Made by a program: the position numbers and the translations under genes. From Candidatus Hydrogenedentota bacterium (GTDB lineage: Bacteria > Hydrogenedentota > Hydrogenedentia > Hydrogenedentales > SLHB01), in NCBI GenBank assembly GCA_963745075.1, contig CAVUWV010000020.1, positions 128,001-192,000 on the forward strand: a stretch of 64,000 nt of DNA, given 5' to 3'. Numbering within the stretch: the first letter of the stretch is position 1; every line of letters begins with the position of its first letter. Below are positions 9,447 to 19,351 of this stretch, in pieces. Below the pieces are notes generated by a model. It was not told the DNA's origin. It made no database searches and saw only the letters and a program-made list of their open reading frames with translations.

Positions 9447-10180
9447 ACGTTCTCCGGCCGTCCGGGCATGTAGGTCTGCTCGATGGCTTTGGCCGCCTGT
9501 TCTTCGTCGCCCAGTTCTTCAATCTTGATGAGGTACTCGAGATAGGCGATCTCGATATCGCGCAACGCGTGAATGACCACGACGAGGATGAAGCTGCCGG
9601 TCCAGTAGTAGAGGAACCCGATAACCAGCGCGAAGGCCACGAATTCCAGCGAAATGTGCCACGTGTTTTCAAAAAAATGCTTGTGAACCACAACAAAAGC
9701 TGCGGCCACCAGGAGAATTCCTGCAAAGGCGGCGGCGGCACCGGACATCCACTGGGCCATGAATGCGATGACGAGCGTCTGGGCGGCGACGCGCCAAATC
9801 AGTTCTTCTGCCACGGCCACGCCCAGGAATCGCGTCAACACGACCGGGCTGTCCATGGTGAAATTCCATATCGGCCCGAAGTCAAAGAAGTGGGTCAACG
9901 CATCTCGCCAAGACAGGTGCGTGGCCAGCAGCGACAACCCGAAAATGAGATGTCCTGCCACCAAACCGATTGCGATGTATACGGGAGAAACCAACTGGCG
10001 CGAAAACACGCCCTGGTCCCACGCGATAAAGGTGGCCAGCCAGAACAAGGGACCTTGCATGAGCACATGGATCATGCGGACGCGTCCGCGGGGTTGTCCG
10101 TCTGCCTGGAAAGGATTCGTCGCCAGCGAGAACGCGACGTGGGCAACGAGAAACGCTATAAACACCCATTCGAGAATCAC
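9443..10180 (-). CDS. CPBP family (CAAX/Abi) intramembrane glutamic protease
   Basis: Multi-TM protein with EELIWR (EExxxR), FVVVH (FxxxH) and HALRD motifs. Confidence 0.85.
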   Translation of the reverse strand: MILEWVFIAFLVAHVAFSLATNPFQADGQPRGRVRMIHVLMQGPLFWLATFIAWDQGVFSRQLVSPVYIAIGLVAGHLIFGLSLLATHLSWRDALTHFFDFGPIWNFTMDSPVVLTRFLGVAVAEELIWRVAAQTLVIAFMAQWMSGAAAAFAGILLVAAAFVVVHKHFFENTWHISLEFVAFALVIGFLYYWTGSFILVVVIHALRDIEIAYLEYLIKIEELGDEEQAAKAIEQTYMPGRPENV

Positions 10181-10809
10181 GAGGCCACCTCGTCCGCGAT
10201 TGGCGTTTTCTCGAGTTCCTCGATCATGGTGGCGAGGTCGATGCCTTTGAACTTCTTCTGGAACATCTCGCGCAGTTCCTCGAACTCGCTACGCAACAGG
10301 CCGTACCCGTACAGGTCGTACATCTCACCGTCACGGGAAACGTGTTCCTTTAGTACCAACTCGCGCTTTGCGCCGGACAGCTCGAAGTTTCGCCACGACC
10401 GCGTATTGAAGCCGTAAATGTAGATATTGATCCGGTGCATGTTCAGTTCGTGAAAGCAGAATTCCAGCACCCGGTAGAATGCAATCGTTCCGAGAAAGCC
10501 ATTGCGGCGTTTTTCCGTCAGGTACGAGTCGATGTTGCACGAGCGGTTGCGCCAACTGATATTCACGACCGAAAACAGCCCCACCGGCCCCAACTTCCTG
10601 GAATCGGCCATGAAGTAAATGCCGCCGGGCATGCCGTGATTGGACGAGCGGCCGAGCATTCCGACGATCTGTTCCCGGATTTGCTTTGGGGAGCGCGCGG
10701 GATCGCCGTACAGGAACCGTTGAAATGCGGGGTCTTCCATCCAGGAAACCACCGTATCGAGATCGTCCCGGTCAGCGCGCCGGATATACACACTGGATTT
10801 AAGCGCCAT
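10177..10809 (-). CDS. GNAT N-acyltransferase, RimJ/RimL/SpeG-like (GNAT3)
   Basis: YIRRADRDDLD..ISWRNRSC..RRNGFLG..FHELNMHRI..FN..SGAKRE..YDLYGYGLLRSEF; ATG 10809 after GGAGG. Confidence 0.88.
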   Translation of the reverse strand: MALKSSVYIRRADRDDLDTVVSWMEDPAFQRFLYGDPARSPKQIREQIVGMLGRSSNHGMPGGIYFMADSRKLGPVGLFSVVNISWRNRSCNIDSYLTEKRRNGFLGTIAFYRVLEFCFHELNMHRINIYIYGFNTRSWRNFELSGAKRELVLKEHVSRDGEMYDLYGYGLLRSEFEELREMFQKKFKGIDLATMIEELEKTPIADEVAS

Positions 10810-11377
10810 GGGAAACCTCCGCGCGGTCTTGCTGCCGTCCGCCCTCGGCCCGGATCGCGTCGAAATCGGCCCGCAGGAGGCCGTAGCCGTACACGTCGCA
10901 GGGGGAGCCGTCGCGTAACGCGTGCCGGTGATATACCACTTCGCGAACGGCCCCCAGCCGGGCGTAGGCATCTTGCGCCAGTGTATCGGCCGCGTCGACG
11001 CGGGCACTGACTCGATGGAGATTCAGTTCGTCGAAGGCGTACTCGACGATGCGGAAACAGGCCCCTTCGTAGAATGCCGCTGCGTCGTGCCGTTGCGCAT
11101 TGTAGGTGCTGACGGTGCACGAGCGGTTTCGCCAACTCAGATCCAGAACGCTTGCCAAACCGACCGGGCCACGGTTTTCGGCGTCACAAATAAAGTGGCC
11201 GGCGGTGGCGATGGGCATGGTAAGCGCGCCGCCGAGCATCGCCAGAATCTGCGAACCCATCTGACGTTTCATGCGCTCGTTATCGCCGTAGATGAAGCGG
11301 CGAAACGCCGGGTCGCTCAGCCAGTCGACAACAACGTCGAGGTCGCTGCGTTCAGGCCGTCGAAGCGTCAGGTTCAT
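10799..11377 (-). CDS. GNAT N-acyltransferase, RimJ/RimL/SpeG-like (GNAT2), paralog of GNAT3
   Basis: LTLRRPERSDLD..LSWRNRSC..YAFDELNLHRV..LGAVRE..DVYGYGLLRADF. Confidence 0.86.
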   Translation of the reverse strand: MNLTLRRPERSDLDVVVDWLSDPAFRRFIYGDNERMKRQMGSQILAMLGGALTMPIATAGHFICDAENRGPVGLASVLDLSWRNRSCTVSTYNAQRHDAAAFYEGACFRIVEYAFDELNLHRVSARVDAADTLAQDAYARLGAVREVVYHRHALRDGSPCDVYGYGLLRADFDAIRAEGGRQQDRAEVSHGA

Positions 11378-11924
11378 ACTCCGGCTCCTTCAACCGCTTC
11401 AGTCCTTCATCGCTGAACAGCGTCAACGATTCAAGATCGAAATACCGCCCCTTTGTGTACACCATGTCGCGTTGAATGCCGTCGCTCGTAAATCCGCGTT
11501 CGGCAAGAAACTTCCGGTACGCCTGCTCGGTCACGATGCAATGGGCCTGCAACTTGTTGAGTTTCTTCTCGACGAGCGCCGTACGAAGAATAAACTGAAA
11601 GACCTCTTCGGCCAAAGGCGTTTCGTAGTGCCGGTCGTCCCCGAATACGAGAACCATTTCCGCATATCCGGCCTCGGACTTCGCACCACGCAGGACACAG
11701 CACCCGCAGACTTCCCCCGTCGTGTCTTCGACTGCGAAGAAAGCCCCTTGCACGATATCCCGCCGGCCGAGCATCTCGCGAAGTTCGTCGATGGTCGGAA
11801 TCATGACCTCGCGGGCCGGACCCAACAAGAAAGAACGCGGATGGCCGGGGTCGTAAAGCCGCCACAGCGCGAAGGCGTCGTCCGGTTCCGCCGAGCGAAT
11901 GACAGCAAAATCGCCAGTAATCAT
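11352..11924 (-). CDS. GNAT N-acyltransferase, RimJ/RimL-like (GNAT1)
   Basis: MITGDFAVIRSAEPDD..FFAVEDTTGEVCG..KLNKLQAH..GFTSDGIQRDMVYTKGRYFD. Confidence 0.82.
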   Translation of the reverse strand: MITGDFAVIRSAEPDDAFALWRLYDPGHPRSFLLGPAREVMIPTIDELREMLGRRDIVQGAFFAVEDTTGEVCGCCVLRGAKSEAGYAEMVLVFGDDRHYETPLAEEVFQFILRTALVEKKLNKLQAHCIVTEQAYRKFLAERGFTSDGIQRDMVYTKGRYFDLESLTLFSDEGLKRLKEPEYEPDASTA

Positions 11925-12053
11925 GTGGAAAACATCCTGGTCAGAAGGCCGAGGGGGTTATAGAACCGGTCTCCGGCGATGTCCATGTTCGCCGAATCGG
12001 ACCGTCCCGCGGATCGATACGCACCCCTGCAAATGGACAGTGTATACAGTATG

Positions 12054-12092
12054 AAAAAACAGCCGGGACTTCAAGAAACCCGAAGCCCCGGC
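12054..12092 (-). terminator. Rho-independent terminator after the two small peptide genes
   Basis: Minus strand GCCGGGGCTTC-gggtttctt-GAAGTCCCGGC followed by TGTTTTTT. Confidence 0.8.
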
Positions 12093-12119
12093 GAAGACGT
12101 TTTGTTCTAGAATTTGCCG

Positions 12120-12257
12120 TCAGGTGGTCGTCGTGATGATGGCGTTCTTCTTGGTATATACATAATCAAGCCACGCCTGCCACACCGCGTTGTACAAATC
12201 GGAAAGCGCGTCCGCCCTGACCACTCGACTCGACGAAATGCCTCGAAGATGCTTCAT
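12120..12257 (-). CDS. Putative precursor peptide B, 45 aa: MKHLRGISSSRVVRADALSDLYNAVWQAWLDYVYTKKNAIITTTT
   Basis: Translated by hand (below the ORF-track cutoff); strong RBS GAGGAGAAGGG before ATG; same MKH start as the upstream peptide; followed by a terminator. Confidence 0.8.
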   Translation of the reverse strand: MKHLRGISSSRVVRADALSDLYNAVWQAWLDYVYTKKNAIITTTT

Positions 12258-12376
12258 GGTAACCCTTCTCCTCACGGTTGTCAGGCCCGTGGCCTTGCGA
12301 CAAGAACGACCACCCCCAATATGGGGCCGTTCTCGATATTCTCATACCCGGGGGGTGTCGCTCAGAAGCGCTACCC

Positions 12377-12571
12377 TCAGCCAGTCGGGTGCTTTACATC
12401 GTTGAACTGCTGCAGTGCAGTCAACAGTCCCTCGAATACCGTCGAAGCGGCGCCGATGAACGTCGTCATCAAGTCAAAACCCAGACTCAGAATCGATAAG
12501 AGGAACGACAGGTCGGTGGTTTGGTTATTGGCGAGCAGCGGCGTCTTGGTAATTGTCGTAACGTGCTTCAC
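12377..12571 (-). CDS. Putative precursor peptide A, 64 aa: [64 protein letters not shown]
   Basis: GTG start after GGGAG RBS; first ORF after a strong promoter; MKH leader reminiscent of SCIFF leaders; hydrophobic core. Confidence 0.78.
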   Translation of the reverse strand: MKHVTTITKTPLLANNQTTDLSFLLSILSLGFDLMTTFIGAASTVFEGLLTALQQFNDVKHPTG

Positions 12572-12657
12572 AATCTCGTCTCCCGCATGGTGTATGCAGT
12601 GTCTACACTTTAAGGCGCGCCCAGTTTACAATACTGGGGTTAGGGGACGCCAGAGCG

Positions 12658-12686
12658 AGTATAGCACCGCTCCAAAATGGTGTCAA
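12658..12686 (-). promoter_or_regulatory. Strong sigma70 promoter for the peptide genes
   Basis: Minus strand TTGACA-17 bp-TATACT with extended -10 TG. Confidence 0.8.
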
Positions 12687-12866
12687 CAGTTTCTCAACTC
12701 TGTATCACGCAAATGCTTACACCTCAATGCGCCGCATGCTGCACTTGGTGTCCCGTACCCTAATCTACAGTTCTCCATCGCACATGTTACGTGGGCGGCG
12801 CAATCGAGTTCCCGACTTAAAGTACTATGCCTTCTTTGGCGGCGGAGTTGCCTCAATTGGCCGGAG

Positions 12867-14354
12867 TCACGCGTCGGAAAGTGCCACGCTGTCATACCCG
12901 TGGGTGTACGCGCCAGGAAGGTCCGAGTATCCCATCAAGGTAATGTCGATGACACGGGCCGCTTCACGGCCTTCGTGGATGGCCCACACCACCAGGGACT
13001 GCCCGCGACGGGCGTCACCAGCAGCGAAGACCTTGTCGCGACTGGTCTTATAAATGCCGTACTCGGCCTTTATGTTACCGCGTCCGTCCAGTTCGAGGTT
13101 CAACTGTTGCGGCAGCGCATGCTCGGGATGCACGAAACCCATAGCCAGTAACACCAAGTCGCACTCGATGGCGAACTCGCTGCCGGGGATTTCAATCATT
13201 TTCGGACGGCCATTGGCGTCCGGCTCACCCCACTCCAAGCGTACGGCGTTGATGCGTGTCACCTTGCCGTTCTCACCGCTGAAGCTCTTGGTCAAAATAC
13301 TCCAGTCGCGCTCGCCGCCTTCTTCGTGGCTGGACGATGTGCGCAGAATGAGCGGCCAATTGGGCCACGGCGTCTTCTCGTTAAAGCCCTCCGGTGGCTT
13401 TGGCAGCAGTTCGATCGACCAGACGTGCTTGGCGCCTTGACGCAAGCTGGTGCCATGGCAGTCCGAACCGGTGTCGCCGCCACCCAAAATCACGACTGTC
13501 TTGTCCTTCGCCGTAATCTCGGAACCGGGGACCGATTTGCCAGCGACCCGGCGGTTTTGCTGCGTCAGGAATTCCATGGCGAAATGCACGCCATCCAATT
13601 CCCGGCCCGGGATGGGCAAATCCCGGGGTTGCGTTGACCCGGTCGTAATCAGTATGGCGTCGAATTCCGCCTCGAGTTCGGGTCCGGTAACGTCTTTTCC
13701 AACGAAACAACTGCACTTAAAGATGACGCCTTCGTCCTCCATTTGCCGGAGCCGGCGGCGAACCACTTCCTTGTTCAACTTGAAATCCGGAATCCCGTAC
13801 ATGAGGAGTCCGCCCGGTTCGTCATCGCGTTCAAAAACCGTGACGGAATGGCCGGCCCGGTTCAGTTGCTGGGCCGCGGCGAGGCCCGCCGGACCGGATC
13901 CCACGACGGCGACCTTCTTCCCGGTGCGCACGTTGGGCGGTTCGGGATTGATCAATCCATCCTTGAAACCGTGGTCCCCAATGGTCCGCTCGATCAGCTT
14001 GATGGTCACGGGGGGCTCGATGATACCCAGGACGCAGGACGCTTCGCACGGCGCCGGGCAGACGCGGCCGGTGAATTCGGGAAAATTATTGGTCGAGTGC
14101 AATCGCTCCAACGCTTCTTCCCAGTTGAGGTCTTTGACGAGGTCGTTGAAGTCCGGAATGATGTTGCCCAAGGGACATCCGGACTGACAAAACGGCACGC
14201 CGCAATTCATGCAGCGGTACCCCTGATCCTGCATCTTTTCGTCGTCGAAATCGGTCAGGAACTCGTCCCAATTCTTCGTACGCTCCTCTTTGGGAACATA
14301 CGCGGGAAGCTCCCGCCGGTATACCATAAAGCCCTTTTCTTTATTGGGGCGCAT
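12867..14354 (-). CDS. gltD: Glutamate synthase small subunit
   Basis: [58 protein letters not shown]. Confidence 0.96.
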   Translation of the reverse strand: MRPNKEKGFMVYRRELPAYVPKEERTKNWDEFLTDFDDEKMQDQGYRCMNCGVPFCQSGCPLGNIIPDFNDLVKDLNWEEALERLHSTNNFPEFTGRVCPAPCEASCVLGIIEPPVTIKLIERTIGDHGFKDGLINPEPPNVRTGKKVAVVGSGPAGLAAAQQLNRAGHSVTVFERDDEPGGLLMYGIPDFKLNKEVVRRRLRQMEDEGVIFKCSCFVGKDVTGPELEAEFDAILITTGSTQPRDLPIPGRELDGVHFAMEFLTQQNRRVAGKSVPGSEITAKDKTVVILGGGDTGSDCHGTSLRQGAKHVWSIELLPKPPEGFNEKTPWPNWPLILRTSSSHEEGGERDWSILTKSFSGENGKVTRINAVRLEWGEPDANGRPKMIEIPGSEFAIECDLVLLAMGFVHPEHALPQQLNLELDGRGNIKAEYGIYKTSRDKVFAAGDARRGQSLVVWAIHEGREAARVIDITLMGYSDLPGAYTHGYDSVALSDA

Positions 14355-14366
14355 ACATGAACTCCT

Positions 14367-17300
14367 CTACACTTCCACCGGCTGCGCGGTTGCCTGCTGC
14401 TTGTCCAATTCCCGCAGGATGCGGGCATAGTCGCGCGGCATCACCCGCACAAATCTCGCGAGAGCGGCTTCCCAGTGGTTCAGAATGTCGTTCGCCACGG
14501 CACTGCCGGTGTATTCGACATGCCGTTCGACCATGAACCGCAGGTCCGCGATACTCTTCTCGTTCATGGGTTTGAGATCGACCTGGTCCGGGTTGCAGTG
14601 CTGCGGGAAGGTCCCATCTTCGTCGTAGACAAACGCAATGCCGCCGCTCATTCCCGCGGCGAAATTGCGGCCGGTCTTACCGAGAATCGCGGCGCGTCCG
14701 CCGGTCATGTATTCGCAGCCGTGGTCTCCAACGCCCTCGACAACCGCCCACGCGCCGCTGTTGCGCACGCAGAACCGTTCGCCGGCGATGCCACGAAAAT
14801 AGGCTTCGCCGCCGGTGGCGCCGTACAGCGCCACGTTTCCGATGACGATGTTCTCTTCCGGCACAATGGGACAATCGGACGGCGGCGTTACAATGATCTT
14901 GCCGCCGGAGAGCCCTTTGCCGCAATAGTCGTTGGCCTCGCCGGTGACGTTCAAGGTGACGCCTTTGATGGCAAAGGCCCCGAAACTCTGGCCCGCGGTC
15001 CCGTGGCAATCAATCCAAACGGTATCTTCCGGCAAGGCGCCGGTCTCAAGACCGACCTTATGACGCCGGGTCAGCTCGCTCGAAAGCATGGTGCCGACCG
15101 TACGATTGACGTTGCGGATATCGATAGCGATTCGCGTTTTCGTTACGTCTTCGCGATTCGGTTTCGGTTCCAGCGACGCCTTGCACATTTCCAGGAGTTG
15201 ATTGTCCAGGGCTTTGTCGATTCCGTGGTCCTGGACCTGGCTGCAATAGAGCGTTTCACCTTCCCAAGGCTTGGCCTGGTACAACACACGGGAAAGGTCC
15301 AGCTTCTTGGCCTTCCAATGCTCCGGCAGCGGGTCGTACTCGAGCATGTCCGCGCGGCCGATCATTTCGTTGACCGTTCGAAACCCGAGTTCGGCCATGA
15401 TTTCCCGCACTTCTTCGGCGATGAAGAAGCAGAGATTGACCACGTACTCCGGTTTGCCCGCAAACTTTTTGCGCAGCTCGGGGTCCTGCGTCGCGATACC
15501 CACGGGGCACGTGTTCAGGTGACACTTGCGCATCATGATGCAGCCGGTGGCGATCAACGGCAGGGTCGACATGCCCACTTCATCAGCGCCAAGCAGAAAC
15601 GCGATAGCCACATCGCGGCCCGTCTTGATTTGACCGTCCGTCTGGACCCGAATGCGGCTGCGCAGGTTGTTCTCCACGAGCACCTGATGGGTCTCGGACA
15701 AGCCCAACTCCCAGGGAAGTCCCGCGTGTTTGATCGAACTCAGCGGGGAGGCGCCGGTACCGCCGTTATCGCCGCTGATGAGCACGAGGTCGGATTTGCC
15801 TTTTGCCACACCGGCCGCGACCGTACCCACACCGACTTCCGATACGAGCTTCACCGAAACTTTGCCGTGAACGTTCGCATTCTTGAGGTCGTGGATCAAC
15901 TGCGCCAAATCCTCGATGGAATAGATGTCGTGGTGCGGCGGCGGCGAGATCAGTTCGACGCCCGGTGTGGAATAGCGAATCCGCGCGATTTCGGGGAACA
16001 CCTTGTGCCCCGGCAATTCGCCGCCTTCGCCCGGTTTCGCGCCCTGGGCCATCTTGATCTGAATCTCGTCCGAATTGACAAGATATTCGTTCGTCACGCC
16101 GAACCGGCCGGAAGCCACCTGCTTGATTGCGCTTCGCCGCAGGTCGCCGTTCGCATCGGCGATGAATCGTTTCGGATCTTCGCCACCTTCACCCGTGTTG
16201 CTGCGACCGCCCAGCCGGTTCATGGCGATTGCCAGAGTCTCGTGGGCCTCTTTACTGATGGACCCGAAGGACATGGCGCCGGTGCAGAACCGCTTCACGA
16301 TCACGCTGGCCGGTTCCACCTCGTCGAGCGCAACCGGATGCCCCTTCTTGAATTTCATGAGGGCGCGCAACGCGGACAGGTTCCGGTTGCGATTGTTAAT
16401 CAACTCCGCGAACTGCCGGTATTTTTCCTTGTCGTTCGCGCGGGTCGCGTGCTGAATCGACGCGATCGTCTCCGGATTGTACTGGTGGTATTCGCCGCGC
16501 TTACGCCAACGGTACGATCCACCCGGATCGAGTTCCCGCGGCCGGGCGTGGTTCTTCGGATACGCCACGGCATGACGCATCAGCGCTTCGCGCGCGACAT
16601 CTTCCACGTCGATGCCGCCGACCCGCGATGCGGTGCCGGTAAAGCAACGCTCGACCAGCGTCGTGCTCAGACCCACCGCCTCGAAAATCTGCGCATTGCG
16701 GTAACTATGCTGCGTCGAGATGCCGATCTTCGACATGGTCTTCAGCATGGCGCCTTCGATGGCTTTGATGAAGTTCTTCTGGGCCTGACCGGAGTGGTCC
16801 TCAACCAGTTCTTCCTTCTCCAGAAGGTTGGCAATGGTTTCAAAGGCAACATACGGATTCACTGCGCCCGCACCGTACCCGGTCAGCAGACAGAAATGCA
16901 TGACCTCACGCGGCTCGCCGGACTCGACGACGAGCCCGCAGTCCGTTCGCTTCTGCTCGCGAACCAGGTGTTGATGAACCGCGCCCGTAGCCAGCAGGCT
17001 CGGAATTGGACACAGCGTTTCGTTAACGCCGCGGTCGGTCAGGACGAGTATTGTGTTCCCGTCGGCCAAGGCCTTCATCGCCTTTTCACAGATCGTGTCG
17101 AGCGCCTTGACCAGTCCCTTGGGTCCTTCCGCCGCTGGAAACAGGGTTGAAATGACTGCCGTTTTCAGGCCGGGCTTATCAATATGTTTGATGTAGTCGA
17201 GCTGCGCGTCGGTGATGATCGGCGACAAGAGGTGCAACCGTTCGCAGTGCTCCGGCGTCTCGTCCAGCAGGTTGCGCTCGCGGCCAATGTCCGTTTCCAA

Positions 17301-18920
17301 CGACATGACGATCTCTTCACGGATCGGGTCGATGGGCGGGTTCGTCACCTGCGCAAACAGTTGTTTGAAGTAGTTGAACAGCAACTGGGGCCGGTTCGAA
17401 AGGACGGCCAACGGCGCGTCGTTCCCCATGGATCCGACGGGCTGTTTGCCCTTGCGGGCCATAGGCTCGATGAGGATTTCCAGATCTTCCAAGGTGTACC
17501 CGAAGACCTGCTGCCGCTCCACCAACGGGACTTCTTCCGGTTCCGACTTGCCGTTGGTAGATGGGCACTCGGCCGGCAACACGTGACGGTGGGTGTTCAG
17601 CCACGTGCGGTAGGGCTGGCGCTTACCCATAGACTCTTTGATCTCATCGTCGCCTACGATGCGATGTTCGTGGGTGTCAATGAGGAACATCCGCCCGGGC
17701 TCCAGCCGGCCCTTCTTGACGATCTTGTCCTGCGGCACGTCCAGCACCCCCACTTCGGACGCCATGACGACGAAATCGTCGTCCGTGACCCAGTAGCGGG
17801 ACGGGCGTAGTCCGTTGCGGTCCAAAACCGCGCCGATTTGAACGCCGTTCGTGAAGGCGATAGACGCGGGGCCGTCCCACGGTTCCTGAAGACAGGCGTG
17901 GTACTCGTAGAAGGCCTTCTTCTCGTCCGGCATGCCTTCGTGGCGGCTCCAGGGCTCGGGGATGAGCATCATCATGGAGTGCGCCGCCGACCGGCCACCT
18001 AACATAAGCAACTCGAAAGAGTTATCGAGTATTGCAGAATCGCTGGCACCCAAAGTGTGGACGGGCAGCAGCTTCTGGATGTCGTCTCCAAACAGCGGGC
18101 TCACCATATGCGCCTCGCGGGACCGCATCATGTTGATATTCCCGCGCAGGGTATTGATTTCGCCGTTGTGGGCGAGATAGCGGAACGGGTGCGCCAGCGG
18201 CCACGAAGGAAACGTGTTCGTGCTGTACCGTTGGTGCACCAACGAGATGGCGCTCTCGCAATCTTCATCGGACAGGTCGAGGTAGTACCGGTCGATCTGC
18301 GGCGCCAGCATCAGCCCCTTGTATATGATCGTGCGAGACGACATGCTGGGAATATAAAACTGCGCCTTGGACCGCAGCTTCGAATGTTTGACGGTCCGCT
18401 CGATGACCTTGCGAATAACATACAGTTTTCGCTCGAAGGCGTCCTGGTCCAATCCCGCCGCTCGTTTGATGATGACCTGTTGGATGACCGGTTCGCCCTC
18501 ACGAGCGATGGTACCGATGGACGACGAGTCCCGGGGAACGTCGCGCCAGCCGAGAATTTCCTGCCCTTCCTCTTTGACCGTATGTTCAATGATACCAATG
18601 CATTTCGCGCGATCTTCCGCGTCGTGGGGCAGGAAAATCATGCCCGCCGCATAGGCGCCAGGCTCGGGCAAGACAAACTTCTGGCGTTCGGCTTCTTTCT
18701 GGAAAAGGCGATGGGGGGTCTGGATCAGCATGCCGGCGCCGTCGCCGGTTTCAGGGTCGCAGCCGCAGGCCCCTCGATGCTCCAGGTTTTCGCAAATCTG
18801 GATCCCCTGCCGAATTATCGTATGGGTCGCCTGTCCGGTCAGGTTTGCGACAAACCCTACGCCGCACGCATCGTGCTCGTAAAACGGGTCGTACAAACCA
18901 TTTCGAGAAATTGGAGTCAT
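14367..18920 (-). CDS. gltB: Glutamate synthase large subunit
   Basis: EHDACGVGF Ntn cysteine, [46 protein letters not shown]-terminal domain; start approximate. Confidence 0.97.
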   Translation of the reverse strand: MTPISRNGLYDPFYEHDACGVGFVANLTGQATHTIIRQGIQICENLEHRGACGCDPETGDGAGMLIQTPHRLFQKEAERQKFVLPEPGAYAAGMIFLPHDAEDRAKCIGIIEHTVKEEGQEILGWRDVPRDSSSIGTIAREGEPVIQQVIIKRAAGLDQDAFERKLYVIRKVIERTVKHSKLRSKAQFYIPSMSSRTIIYKGLMLAPQIDRYYLDLSDEDCESAISLVHQRYSTNTFPSWPLAHPFRYLAHNGEINTLRGNINMMRSREAHMVSPLFGDDIQKLLPVHTLGASDSAILDNSFELLMLGGRSAAHSMMMLIPEPWSRHEGMPDEKKAFYEYHACLQEPWDGPASIAFTNGVQIGAVLDRNGLRPSRYWVTDDDFVVMASEVGVLDVPQDKIVKKGRLEPGRMFLIDTHEHRIVGDDEIKESMGKRQPYRTWLNTHRHVLPAECPSTNGKSEPEEVPLVERQQVFGYTLEDLEILIEPMARKGKQPVGSMGNDAPLAVLSNRPQLLFNYFKQLFAQVTNPPIDPIREEIVMSLETDIGRERNLLDETPEHCERLHLLSPIITDAQLDYIKHIDKPGLKTAVISTLFPAAEGPKGLVKALDTICEKAMKALADGNTILVLTDRGVNETLCPIPSLLATGAVHQHLVREQKRTDCGLVVESGEPREVMHFCLLTGYGAGAVNPYVAFETIANLLEKEELVEDHSGQAQKNFIKAIEGAMLKTMSKIGISTQHSYRNAQIFEAVGLSTTLVERCFTGTASRVGGIDVEDVAREALMRHAVAYPKNHARPRELDPGGSYRWRKRGEYHQYNPETIASIQHATRANDKEKYRQFAELINNRNRNLSALRALMKFKKGHPVALDEVEPASVIVKRFCTGAMSFGSISKEAHETLAIAMNRLGGRSNTGEGGEDPKRFIADANGDLRRSAIKQVASGRFGVTNEYLVNSDEIQIKMAQGAKPGEGGELPGHKVFPEIARIRYSTPGVELISPPPHHDIYSIEDLAQLIHDLKNANVHGKVSVKLVSEVGVGTVAAGVAKGKSDLVLISGDNGGTGASPLSSIKHAGLPWELGLSETHQVLVENNLRSRIRVQTDGQIKTGRDVAIAFLLGADEVGMSTLPLIATGCIMMRKCHLNTCPVGIATQDPELRKKFAGKPEYVVNLCFFIAEEVREIMAELGFRTVNEMIGRADMLEYDPLPEHWKAKKLDLSRVLYQAKPWEGETLYCSQVQDHGIDKALDNQLLEMCKASLEPKPNREDVTKTRIAIDIRNVNRTVGTMLSSELTRRHKVGLETGALPEDTVWIDCHGTAGQSFGAFAIKGVTLNVTGEANDYCGKGLSGGKIIVTPPSDCPIVPEENIVIGNVALYGATGGEAYFRGIAGERFCVRNSGAWAVVEGVGDHGCEYMTGGRAAILGKTGRNFAAGMSGGIAFVYDEDGTFPQHCNPDQVDLKPMNEKSIADLRFMVERHVEYTGSAVANDILNHWEAALARFVRVMPRDYARILRELDKQQATAQPVEV

Positions 18921-19351
18921 GGACAACAGCACCGTCCTTTCTTCAAGCTCTTCCGGGGGATTCTGCCCGTTCGGGCCCGCATAAGGCCGGGAAGATACAA
19001 CACACCCTGCCTCCCCGGACAAGACTTGCGCCGCGATAGTACTAAATAGGGCCTGATCGTGTCAAATTCGCCGTGGTGCGCAGGCATCCTGTGCACCCGT
19101 CAATCAAGGGCCGGAATACCCATTCGCATTGGGCCGAATCACGTGCTCTCGCGTCGGTATCCACCCCCGGACTATGCCTACTCCCTTTCATTCTGCGCCG
19201 GTTCCAGCGGAGTCGTCGAAGAGTGAAGGTATCTATCAGACCGGAAAGAATGCAGGGTTTATTCCCACAGACCCGTTTTCGTACTATAGGGCTTGGCGGG
19301 GCCTTCCTGACGTTTGTGGTCTTCAATTGCAAGAAAGGATGGGGAAGTAAC

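Noticed and set aside
12114..13151. 345-aa plus-strand ORF over the peptide genes
   Set aside because: No recognisable domain; overlaps gltD antisense and crosses a clear minus-strand promoter, RBSs and terminator
14475..17150. 891-aa plus-strand ORF and similar long antisense ORFs opposite hppA, fabF, araB and others
   Set aside because: Shadow frames of high-GC genes that have strong motifs on the other strand
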